64,000 nt of DNA. It comes from Alphaproteobacteria bacterium. Its GTDB lineage: Bacteria > Pseudomonadota > Alphaproteobacteria > SP197. A program made the translations under genes and the position numbers. The stretch is from positions 672,001 through 736,000 of the forward strand of contig OZ219918.1 in assembly GCA_964291415.2 (NCBI GenBank), written 5' to 3'. The notes under the pieces are model-generated. The model was not told the DNA's origin and searched no databases. It saw nothing but the letters and a program-made list of their open reading frames with translations. This document shows positions 18,477 to 27,558 of this stretch, piece by piece (the stretch's first letter is position 1; every line of letters begins with the position of its first letter).

Positions 18477-20264
18477 GTGTCGTCAAGTCCGATCAATGGA
18501 ACCAAGAGTGCGGTTCTCGGCGTGACACGGTCATGTACCGGGAAGTACTGGAATGACCGTCTTGACGACGATCAGGCCGTCATGACGCTGGCCCAGCGTC
18601 TCGACCTGCCTGAAGTCCTGGCTCGCCTCCTGGCAGCCAGGGGCATCAAGGCCGACGGCGTCGACGGATTTCTCGAACCCCGCGTGAAACACCTGATGCC
18701 CGATCCTCTCAAGATGGTTGACATGGCGAATGCCGTCCGGCGCATCGCGGATGCTGTCGAAGCCGATGAGACGATCGGCATCTTCGGTGACTACGATGTC
18801 GATGGCGCCACCTCGGCAGCCCTTCTCGTGCGCTATTTTGATTGCCTCGGCGCGAAGACGGTGGTCCATATTCCCGATCGCAGGAAGGAAGGATACGGAC
18901 CGAGCATCAACGCCCTTGCTTCCCTGAAGGAGAGAGGCGCAGGCCCGGTGGTGACCGTGGATTGCGGCATCACGGCCCATGAGCCCCTGCGTCTCGCACA
19001 CCAGGCGGGAATTGACGTCATCGTGCTCGATCACCATCAGGTGGCGGGCGACCTGCCCCAGGCCACGGCACTGGTCGATCCGAACAGGCCCGACTGCGGC
19101 AGCGGCCTGGGCAACCTGGCGGCTGTCGGCGTGACATTCATGACCGTCGTCGCGATCAACAGGGAACTGCGCCAGCGCGGCCGCTTCGACGAATGTCCCG
19201 AGCCCGATCTCATGCAGTGGCTCGATCTGGTGGCACTGGGCACGCTCTGCGACGGCGTTCCCCTCACCGGACTGAACCGGGCGCTGGTGAGTCAGGGACT
19301 GAAGGTTCTGGGCCGCGGCGCCAACGAGGGTCTGTCGGCCCTCGGCCGCTCCGCACGCCTGACAGAGGATCCGACAGCCCACCACGCGACGTTCGTGTTC
19401 GGACCACGCATCAACGCCGGCGGCAGGGTCGGCGATCCGGCACTGGGTGTGCGCCTGCTGACCTCCAGGGACGAGGAAGAGGTGGCAGGCATCGCGGTCA
19501 GGCTGGATGACTGCAATGACGAGCGCCGGCGCATCGAGAAAGGCGTGCTCGAGGCCGCCATGAACCAGGCCGAGACCCAGGCGTCGCGCCACTGCTACGT
19601 GGTGTCGGGGAAGGACTGGCACCCCGGTGTCATCGGCATCGTGGCGAGCCGGCTGGTGGACCGTTTCTCCCGGCCTGCCGTGGTCATCTCCACTGCCGAT
19701 GCTCCCGGCACGGGTTCGTGCCGTTCAGTCAGGGGCGTGAACATCGGCGCCGCGGTCGGGCGTGCGGTGGAGGAGGGGATTCTCGTCAGGGGCGGGGGCC
19801 ATCCCGCGGCCGCGGGCCTGGCGGTCGAGGAAGCCAGGATCGCCGACCTCGCTGCCTTTCTCGAAGACCACCTGGCGCGGGAGGTGGCATCGTTGCCTGA
19901 GGTGCCCGAACTCGGCATCGATGGCGTTCTCAGCGTTGCTGCCGTCAACGAGGACCTGATCCGCTCGATCGAGCGCGCAGGTCCCTTCGGCGCCGGCAAT
20001 GCCCAGCCGCGTTTCGCCATCAAGAATGCGCGCGTCAGCTGGGCGCAGCGGGTCGGGGAGCATCATGTCCGGGTTGCCGCCAGGGATGCCGGCGGCGCGC
20101 GGCTCGATGCCATCGCATTCCGTGTCGCGGACGGTCCGTTGGGCAAGGCCCTGTTGACCAGCGGCACCGGCGCCTTTCACCTTGCCGGGCACCTGAACAT
20201 CAACACGTGGCGGGGCCGCAAGCGCCCGCAACTGGTCATCGAGGACGCGGCAGTGGCCACCTGA
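18477..20264 (+). CDS. recJ: ssDNA exonuclease RecJ (first ~11 codons island-derived)
   Basis: GDYDVDG, TVDCG, LDHH, GPRINAGGR, WHPGVIGIVASRL, GGGHPAAAG. Confidence 0.96.
   Translation: MSSSPINGTKSAVLGVTRSCTGKYWNDRLDDDQAVMTLAQRLDLPEVLARLLAARGIKADGVDGFLEPRVKHLMPDPLKMVDMANAVRRIADAVEADETIGIFGDYDVDGATSAALLVRYFDCLGAKTVVHIPDRRKEGYGPSINALASLKERGAGPVVTVDCGITAHEPLRLAHQAGIDVIVLDHHQVAGDLPQATALVDPNRPDCGSGLGNLAAVGVTFMTVVAINRELRQRGRFDECPEPDLMQWLDLVALGTLCDGVPLTGLNRALVSQGLKVLGRGANEGLSALGRSARLTEDPTAHHATFVFGPRINAGGRVGDPALGVRLLTSRDEEEVAGIAVRLDDCNDERRRIEKGVLEAAMNQAETQASRHCYVVSGKDWHPGVIGIVASRLVDRFSRPAVVISTADAPGTGSCRSVRGVNIGAAVGRAVEEGILVRGGGHPAAAGLAVEEARIADLAAFLEDHLAREVASLPEVPELGIDGVLSVAAVNEDLIRSIERAGPFGAGNAQPRFAIKNARVSWAQRVGEHHVRVAARDAGGARLDAIAFRVADGPLGKALLTSGTGAFHLAGHLNINTWRGRKRPQLVIEDAAVAT
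18510..18523 (+). repeat. Right 14-bp direct repeat (attR-like)
   Basis: GCGGTTCTCGGCGT, identical to 2445-2458. Confidence 0.85.
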
Positions 20265-20323
20265 CGCCGGTGTGCCACTTGAATTTGTCGAGACGGGCCG
20301 TTATCTGAACGTCTGCCCTGGAC

Positions 20324-20398
20324 GACCCCTTCGTCTAGAGGTTAGGACACAACCCTTTCACGGTTGAGACAGGGGTTCGATTCCCCTAGGGGTCACCA
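20324..20398 (+). tRNA. tRNA-Glu(TTC)
   Basis: Acceptor GACCCCT/AGGGGTC, anticodon arm CAACC-CTTTCAC-GGTTG, GTTCGA, CCA. Confidence 0.95.
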
Positions 20399-20903
20399 AC
20401 ACGGCAGGTCCATGACGCTGCGGTCTCATGCCCCGCATGAATCCGGAGAGGCAGGTGGGAGGCAATTCCCGCCGGCGCCGCTCCCCGCTCAAGGCGCTGC
20501 ACGTCACGCAATCTCTCACAGGAAAACAGCATTCGCGTCGCGGCGCGGTGCCGGGAATCGCTGCTGCATGGATGGCAGGGATCGGATGGTGCGGCTCAGG
20601 CGGCGGTCCGGCTCGGTACGTCCCATGCCGCGCTCGGAGCCCCCGGGACGTGGGTGGCGGTCCAACCGGCCTGCGCAAGGAGTCGGTTCACTGGTCGCCT
20701 CGGGCAAGACGAGGGGAACGAGGCCTTGGCCTTGATCGGAATTCTCGTCTCCGTCATCTGACGCAGATCTTCCGCTTCTTTGCCAGGACAAGGCGGCTGA
20801 AGCCCAAGATCGCGATCCACATCGCCAAGTCGTGCATGCCGGGGAGGCCATGGCGGCGGGCCGGGCGGAAGCCTGCAGGCGGCCGTATCGCCTGCAATGT
20901 CGG

Positions 20904-21038
20904 CCCTTCTCCCGGGTTCATAAGCGGATGCTATCCGGGCCACAAGAAAACGGTCTTGGAAGCCGTCGCCGGGCGGGCTCACGTTGCGTTGAGGCCCATA
21001 TGCGAGGGCTGCAACCGGAGAGAGTGAGACGGATGGCG
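20904..21038 (+). repeat. ~130-bp leader repeat, copy 1
   Basis: Similar to 23802-23936; shared AAACGGTCTTGGA and ATGCGAGGGCTGCAACCGGAGAGAGTGAGACG-ATGGCG. Confidence 0.8.
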
Positions 21039-22061
21039 CAGGGAAGGGAACAACACCCTCAGACAGGCAAACGGAGCGAAGCGGCGCCGGGGCGCGCCGA
21101 CATGTTCGAACGGCGCAGCGACCTGGTGCGGCTCGTTGCCGTCGCGGAGGCGGAGAGGATCGTCACCGCGGCGGACCGCCTCGCCATGACCCAGCCGGCG
21201 CTCAGCCGCGTCGGCGCCCGCCTGGAGCGGGAGTTCGGCGCGCGCCTCTTCGAGCGCATCCCCACTGGCGTGCGCCCGACCCGCCTCGGCGCCCTCATCA
21301 TCGAGCGCGCGCGGCGCATCCTGCGCGAGATCGAGGCGGGCGAGGAGACGGTGGCGGCGGCGCTCGCCGGGCGCACGGGCCGGTTCCGCGTCACCGCGGC
21401 GCCGCTGTGGATGCAGGTCGTCGTCGCGCCCGCCGTCCAGGCGTTCCACTCGGCCTTCCCCGAGATCGAGCTCAGGCTGCGCACGGCCTCCTGGCGCGAG
21501 GGCGCGCGGCTCCTCGACGACGGCCGGAGCGACCTCCACTGCGGCGGCCTCTACAGCGGCGAGGCCCTGCCGGCGCATGTGCGGTGCGAGCGCGTTCTCG
21601 AGGTGACGGGCGGCATCGTCGCCGGCGGCGGCCATCCCCTGCACGAGGCGGGACCGCAGCCCCGCGACCTCGCCGGCTGGCCCTGGATCGACGTCGACGG
21701 ACGAGTCGGCGCCGGCCGGCCGTCCCTGGCAGCGATCCTCGACGATCTGGGCGACCTGACCGGTGCCCCGGTGCACGCCGTCATGCGCGCGGGCTCGGCC
21801 GGCCTGACGCTGCTGGCCGTCGGCCCGTGGCTCTCCTGGCTGCCCCTCGATCTCCTCGACCGGCTGCCCGGAACGCCGCTGAAGCCCCTGCCGCTCGACT
21901 TCGGCCGGCGCCGCTACCGCGCCGGCTTCGTGGCCCGGCGCACGGCCGAGGATCTGGAGCCCTTCCGCGCGCTGGAGGCGGCGGTGCGCGACGCCGCGCT
22001 CGGGCGCATGGGACCCGGCCCGCGGCGCCCGGCGAAGCAGTCCGGAGGAACGGAACGATGA
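21033..22061 (+). CDS. LysR-family regulator
   Basis: AADRLAMTQPALSR...LFERIPTGVRPT; alternative ATG at 21102. Confidence 0.9.
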   Translation: MAQGREQHPQTGKRSEAAPGRADMFERRSDLVRLVAVAEAERIVTAADRLAMTQPALSRVGARLEREFGARLFERIPTGVRPTRLGALIIERARRILREIEAGEETVAAALAGRTGRFRVTAAPLWMQVVVAPAVQAFHSAFPEIELRLRTASWREGARLLDDGRSDLHCGGLYSGEALPAHVRCERVLEVTGGIVAGGGHPLHEAGPQPRDLAGWPWIDVDGRVGAGRPSLAAILDDLGDLTGAPVHAVMRAGSAGLTLLAVGPWLSWLPLDLLDRLPGTPLKPLPLDFGRRRYRAGFVARRTAEDLEPFRALEAAVRDAALGRMGPGPRRPAKQSGGTER

Positions 22062-22286
22062 CGGCGATACCCCCGCCTGATCCCGGGCGTGGCGCATGGC
22101 GGACGTGGATGCGGCGCCGAGTCCCCGGCATGAGCAGCGCGTGGTCCTTCATCAGGTCATCGACCGGCTGGAGCGGCTGCTCTGACTGGAGTGGGCTCTC
22201 GACAGCCGCCGGGCCGGACCGCGGCCGGCCGGTGACATCCATCGGTGTCGCCGTTCCGACTGCTGCCGGAGCCCGGACAGGGAGCC

Positions 22287-22336
22287 ATAGGAAGAACTTA
22301 TGGATGCTTGAAGGAAATTGTATTGGTTCTTATAAT
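22287..22336 (+). promoter_or_regulatory. Sigma70 promoter with upstream LysR/OxyR-type box
   Basis: TTGAAG(22308)-17 nt-TATAAT(22331); ATAG-N7-TTAT at 22287-22301. Confidence 0.6.
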
Positions 22337-22473
22337 CGTTCCAGATTAGTTGTCATCGGACGACGTCCCGGAGCATCCCGTCCATGCACGTTTCGTCGAG
22401 GAAAGGGAGCGGGACCGCCCGGGGAAGCGATTGCCGGCGGGATTGGATGCCGCCGTCGCGGAAGGATGGAGTC

Positions 22474-23406
22474 ATGCCGATCACATTGCGTCAGTTGCGC
22501 TACTTCCAGGCCCTGGTGAAACACGGATCGTTCTGCCGGGCGGCCGAGAGCGTACACGTCTCCCAGCCGGCGCTCTCGCTCCAGATCCGCGAGCTCGAAG
22601 CGTCCCTGGGCGGGACGGTGGTCGAACGCGAGAGCCGCGGCATCCGGCTGACGCGGCTGGGCCGCGAGGCGCACGAGCAGACGCTCAGGATCCTCGACGA
22701 GACGCTTCTCCTGGAGACCATGGGAAAGCGTCTCGAGGAGGGACCGCTTCACCTCGACGTCGGAATCCTTTCGACTCTCGCCTCCTATCTGCTGCCGGGC
22801 CTGCTGGACCGCCTGAGGGTGTCGTCGCCGCGGGTCGAGCTCACCGTGACGGAGGCCCCGGGCCAGGATCTCGTCGCCCGCCTGCTGGCCGGACGGCTCG
22901 ACGCGGCGATCGTGTCCCTGCCGCTCGGCATGCTGGAACTGCCGGAGCGGGAGCTCTTCGAGGATCGCTTCCTGCTCGCCGGCTGCGTCCGGCGACTCGA
23001 AGCGCTCGACGCGCCGCGGCCGACCGACCTGGCGCGGGAGGACACCGGGCCGCTGCTCACGCTCGCCGACGGCCACTGCCTGGCCGACCAGGTCCTCGGC
23101 GCCTGCTCGATGTGGCGCATCCAGGAGGTCCGGCGCGGCGCCGGCTCGCTCACCACCCTGTCGCGGCTGGTGGCGGGCGGCGCCGGGCTGACGCTGCTGC
23201 CGGAGACCGCGGCGCTCCTTGAGCAGTCCGCCTCGCCCGAACTGAGCTTCCTTCGCTTTCGCTCTCCCGAGCCGGCCCGCCAGATCGGTCTCGCGCACCG
23301 CGCGGCCTGTCACGGGCAGCCTTGGGTCGACCTCCTCGCCGACGCGGCGGCGGACGCCGGCGAGGCGCTGGTCGAGGAGGCGCGTCAGGCGATCGGGAAG
23401 GGTTAA
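22474..23406 (+). CDS. oxyR: OxyR-like LysR regulator
   Basis: TLRQLRYF...VSQPALSLQIRELE; DGHCLADQVLGAC retains both redox cysteines. Confidence 0.78.
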   Translation: MPITLRQLRYFQALVKHGSFCRAAESVHVSQPALSLQIRELEASLGGTVVERESRGIRLTRLGREAHEQTLRILDETLLLETMGKRLEEGPLHLDVGILSTLASYLLPGLLDRLRVSSPRVELTVTEAPGQDLVARLLAGRLDAAIVSLPLGMLELPERELFEDRFLLAGCVRRLEALDAPRPTDLAREDTGPLLTLADGHCLADQVLGACSMWRIQEVRRGAGSLTTLSRLVAGGAGLTLLPETAALLEQSASPELSFLRFRSPEPARQIGLAHRAACHGQPWVDLLADAAADAGEALVEEARQAIGKG

Positions 23407-23499
23407 TCCGGAGGAGGCCGCCGGAATCCCTTCTCCCCCGCAGGGGCGCGGGTCAGGGCGAGGGGGATGTGGACAGCGCGGACCGCGCGAATTGGAAGC

Positions 23500-23720
23500 G
23501 CCGCAGGGTGTCCCGTTGAAGGTGGCCGTGTTCCTGGTTGACCTCGGCGAGCCGGGCGATGGTCCAGTCATCGGCGTATCCCTGGGTGACGCCGTTGGGC
23601 CCGGCATGGTTCACCAGGCGCCTGGTGAGCGAGGGAGGCAGCATCAGTTCGCGCCCAGCGGACCGCCATGGGAACCGCATCCGGCTCTTGCCTGTCGGAC
23701 CGAAGACGTAGGCGCCTTGC
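23500..23720 (-). pseudogene. Tyrosine integrase C-terminal remnant
   Basis: AYVFG...RELMLPPSLTRRLVNHAGPNGVTQGYADDWT. Confidence 0.65.
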
Positions 23721-23801
23721 CGACCGCGAGGCAAATGCCGATCAGGTGATTCTGCATGCCGCCCGCCCGTCTCCGCGTCAGTGCCGTGGACGGAATCCCG
23801 A

Positions 23802-23936
23802 CCCGTCTCCCGGTTCGATAATGCAAGGCTATCCGGACGACGGGCAAACGGTCTTGGAGGTCGCCGTCGGGCGGGCACATGGTGCGGCCAGGCTCGCATG
23901 CGAGGGCTGCAACCGGAGAGAGTGAGACGCATGGCG
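23802..23936 (+). repeat. ~130-bp leader repeat, copy 2 (no intact gene follows)
   Basis: Direct repeat of 20904-21038; frame from ATG 23931 closes at 23990. Confidence 0.8.
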
Positions 23937-24353
23937 AAGACAATGCACAACCGCCGGACGCGGCGCCGCGCAACGCCGCGCTCGGGCTGAGCAGCGAGCC
24001 ACCCGGATGAGGTACGGCCACGCGAATTTCGCGCTATGCGCCTGACTCAAGATCCTCGACGACGAGCGCGAGTGAGCCCTGCCGACAATGACCGCCCCGG
24101 CCAGTTGCCGATGACCGAACAGATCCGGGACGCCAGGTGCCCTGACCAGACCCGCTGTCGCGCAGCGTTGACTGAACGGATGCCGACGCGCAAAGGCACT
24201 GCCGTTCATCGGCTTCCGGACGAGGCTACGCAGACTGTCGCGCGGGCCGGTTTCGCCCGGGGCCCGGCGGTTCGGCGCCTTCGCCGTCAGTGGTACCCGG
24301 GACAGTCGCTATCGAGGCCTGAGTCCTGAGCGATGTGGTCGAGCACGTCGGCA

Positions 24354-25090
24354 CTATCGATCCCGGTCCATTGTCGTGACTCTCTCCTTCCAGATCTCGA
24401 CGGCTCGATTAACGCGCTCGCAGTTGGGTTCAAGGTCTTCAAGGTGCGCGCTCAGACGGCCACACAGGGACGAGACGATGTCTCGAGACGCCCCCGCATT
24501 CATGCCCATCGTCACGCCCGCCCGGACAAAGTCGCGGGATGACAGACGGTTCCGCTTGCCCGCCAGCGAGAGCGCGAACTGATCGGTCTCGAGGCCCGGG
24601 AAAACCCGAGTCGTCACGGCATCGTAGACCGGGGCGAGCCGGACAGATGAGAAGTTCCCCGCTCCGTCGCAGGCAACCCGCGGGACGGCCAGGTTCTTCA
24701 GGTGGCAATCGCCATCCGCCATGAGCCAGGCGAGCACGGCGCGGCCAAGCAGCAACGCGACATCCGCTTTGGCGTCGCTGGAGACGTTCTGCAGCGCCCG
24801 GGCTGCCTGCTCGATGGAGCCCTCGTATTTTTCGGAGGGCGCGACACCGCGAACGGATGCCATGTCTTCCATGGCGATCTTTCGACGGTCATTGCGGTCT
24901 CGCCGGATGTCGAAGCGTTCGACGAGCAGCGCGTCGGGCAGGTTGCCGGGCATCGAGACCAGTGCGTGCACAGCCGTCTCGAACCCGCAGGCCCGGGCCG
25001 CCGCCAAACATGCCACTTCGACCTGAGGAAGGTCTTCGAAGCCGGGCCCCGGTGAAGGCTTGAGGATATGCGTGAAGGGGTGTTACCAAC
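24354..25090 (-). pseudogene. HipA-family kinase, C-terminal part only
   Basis: PFTHILKP, LLVERFD, AMEDMA, EKYEGS, DGDCHLKN, LAPVYD; N-terminal half absent. Confidence 0.75.
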
Positions 25091-25331
25091 TCCGGGCCTG
25101 TCTTGATCGAATCGTCGGAATAGTCGCCGGGCCGACCTGTCGTATAGGGCGTCTAGGCATGTGTAATCAAAATGTTATGCCAGTACATGAGTGTCCCCAA
25201 GCGGATTCGAACTCCCGAGACATGAGCGAAGGAAGGGGCCCGGATACGCTTGAGGCCCTGCAACGTGTGATGATCTTTGCCCGAGCGACGGGCGTCTCGG
25301 GAGGATTGGACAGACAAAACGGAGCAACGAC

Positions 25332-25823
25332 ATGATCGCGAGCCGCACGCTCTACCTTGCCAATCCATACGGCTTTTCCGAATCGTTGAAGTCAGGACCC
25401 CTGCAGGACCTCGTCAGTCGTCTCGAGGCACTGGGCGCCGAGGTGTGGGAGCCCTTCGAGTCGATTGAAAACCGCGACCGGAGCGCACCGCATTGGGCCT
25501 GGCGGATCGCCCGAAGCGATGCCAGGGGCGTCAGGGACGCCGACGGAGTCTTCGCTGTTGTCAACGGCTGTCCGCCGGACGAGGGCGTGATGGTCGAGGT
25601 CGGCCTGGCGATCGCCTGGCAAAAGCCGTTGTTCCTGTTCCGCGACGACTTTCGCCGCTGTTCGGACAGTGAGGACTATCCTCTCAACCTGATGCTCTTC
25701 GCCGGTTACACTGCCGATGGCTGGCGGGACTACTGGTACGATTCCATCGAGAGCCTCGCTTGCCCGAAGAAGGCCCTGGTGGGCTGGCTTCAGGGCGAAG
25801 ACGTAAAGCCACTCGAGGTTTGA
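25332..25823 (+). CDS. Nucleoside 2-deoxyribosyltransferase family protein
   Basis: LYLANPYGFS, VWEPF, PDEGVMVEVGLA, NLML. Confidence 0.88.
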   Translation: MIASRTLYLANPYGFSESLKSGPLQDLVSRLEALGAEVWEPFESIENRDRSAPHWAWRIARSDARGVRDADGVFAVVNGCPPDEGVMVEVGLAIAWQKPLFLFRDDFRRCSDSEDYPLNLMLFAGYTADGWRDYWYDSIESLACPKKALVGWLQGEDVKPLEV

Positions 25824-25837
25824 TCGCTTGAAGGAGG

Positions 25838-26317
25838 ATGCCGATGAGCGGAACAGGTCGGGGCGGCGGCTGCCTGTGCGGTGCCGTGCGCTACGAGATT
25901 TCAGGGGAGCCGAGGTTCTCGCCGCTGTGTCACTGTCGCATGTGCCAGAGGTGGACCGGCAGCGCCATGCTGGTCACGGTGGCCTTCGATCGCGACGGCG
26001 TCGTGTTCACGAAGGGCGAGCCCAGGATCTACTGGTCGTCCGATGTCAGCGAGCGGGGATTCTGTCCGGACTGCGGCAGTTCGCTCTTCACGCGCTACGC
26101 CTCGGGAGGGGTCTTCGACGGCATCATTTTCGTCGCCCTGGGGACCCTCGACGATCCGGAATCCGTCCGTCCGGACGTGCACTACGGGGCCGAGGCGGAA
26201 CTCTCCTGGATGCGCCGCGAGGACGGTCTGGCACGCGTCAGCATCGATGTCGACGACCCTGCTGAGCAGAACGCCCTCTTGGAGCGCCTGATGGCCGCCT
26301 CCGGCAACCCGTCTTGA
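25838..26317 (+). CDS. GFA family protein
   Basis: GGCLCGAVRY, CHCRMCQR, RGFCPDCGS. Confidence 0.92.
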   Translation: MPMSGTGRGGGCLCGAVRYEISGEPRFSPLCHCRMCQRWTGSAMLVTVAFDRDGVVFTKGEPRIYWSSDVSERGFCPDCGSSLFTRYASGGVFDGIIFVALGTLDDPESVRPDVHYGAEAELSWMRREDGLARVSIDVDDPAEQNALLERLMAASGNPS

Positions 26318-26373
26318 AGGCGGCAGGCGAGGGGACTATTCTTCGCGAGTGCGGGGATGCGGGAGAAGACGCG

Positions 26374-27549
26374 ATGTTGAATCACGCACCATCAATCACC
26401 AGCGACGAGATGGTTGACCGGGTTCTGGACGAATCGGCGGTGGCGCGGTTCCGGACGGCGACCGGAGACGGCAGCGGCCTTCCCAACGAATGCTACACCA
26501 GCCCTGAGTGGCTGAAGGCGGAGAACGAGAGAATCTTCGCCCGCACATGGATGCTTGCCGGTTTCTGTCACGACGTTCCCGAGCCGGGAGACGTCTCGCC
26601 GGTGGAGATGGCCGGCATGCCGCTCATCATCGTGCGCGATCACGACGGCATGATCAGGGTCTTCCACAATGTCTGCCGGCATCGCGGGGCGGTCGTGGTG
26701 CCGGAACGGTGCCGGCGCCAGTCGGTCCTGACCTGTCCCTATCATTCGTGGGTCTACGGCCTCGACGGCAGCCTGCGCATGCGCCCCCATTTTTTCGGTG
26801 GCGGCCGCCACGATACGGATCCCGGAAGGGACGCGCCGGGTCTGGTGCCGGTGCGCCATGCCGTCTGGCATGACCTCGTCTTCGTCAACATCTCGGGCGA
26901 CGCGCCGGAATTCGAGGATCACTGGGAACCGTTCGCCCGGCGCACCAGTGATTACGACTTCGGCGCCCTCAACTATGCCGCGACCCTGGACTTCGACGTC
27001 AAGGGCAACTGGAAGCTCATCTACGAGAACTTCTACGACGCCTATCACGTGCCCACGGTCCACCCCAAGCTGGAAATCTTTACGCCTCTCGACACCAGGG
27101 TGGCCGTCGACACGGAGGGTCCCTGGTTTCACAACACGTCGACGATCCAGGAACCCCAGCCGGGACGCGGCATCGGCATGCCCATGTATCCCGGTCTCGA
27201 CACCGAGGGACAACGCACCGAGTGGTACTTCCATCTCTTCCCGACGACCGGCATCCAGATCTGGCCCGACCAGCTCGCCATCTTCCAGCTCCATGCCCTG
27301 GCGCCGGACCGGACCAGGGAGCACATCCACATGTATTTCATCGGGGATGCGGCGAGCGACGAGGCATTCGCCCGGCATCGCCAGGATGTCTACGACATGT
27401 GGAACGAGCTCAACACGGAAGATTTCGAGATCGTCGAGAACATGCAGGGCGCCAGGACCTCGCCCGGATTCGATGGCGGTGTCCTGTCGCCCTACTGGGA
27501 TCCGGCAACCCAGCACTTCGCGAGGCTGGTGACGGACTTCATGCACTGA
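26374..27549 (+). CDS. Rieske oxygenase alpha subunit (choline/betaine monooxygenase-like)
   Basis: NVCRHRG...CPYHSW; NWKLIYENFYDAYHVPTVHP; EDFEIVENMQ. Confidence 0.9.
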   Translation: MLNHAPSITSDEMVDRVLDESAVARFRTATGDGSGLPNECYTSPEWLKAENERIFARTWMLAGFCHDVPEPGDVSPVEMAGMPLIIVRDHDGMIRVFHNVCRHRGAVVVPERCRRQSVLTCPYHSWVYGLDGSLRMRPHFFGGGRHDTDPGRDAPGLVPVRHAVWHDLVFVNISGDAPEFEDHWEPFARRTSDYDFGALNYAATLDFDVKGNWKLIYENFYDAYHVPTVHPKLEIFTPLDTRVAVDTEGPWFHNTSTIQEPQPGRGIGMPMYPGLDTEGQRTEWYFHLFPTTGIQIWPDQLAIFQLHALAPDRTREHIHMYFIGDAASDEAFARHRQDVYDMWNELNTEDFEIVENMQGARTSPGFDGGVLSPYWDPATQHFARLVTDFMH

Positions 27550-27558
27550 TCCGGGGCG

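Larger units (their letters stand above)
2445..18523. mobile_element. ~16 kb decayed genomic island inserted in the recJ 5' end
   Basis: Flanking direct repeats, integrase remnant at the right end, excisionase-like HTH, IS elements, low-GC segments, broken glpX-recJ adjacency. Confidence 0.85.

Noticed and set aside
25076-25090. AGGGGTGTTACCAAC as a direct tRNA-Glu attR
   Set aside because: Short and gapped, and explained by HipA coding sequence (GNTPFTH) on the minus strand.
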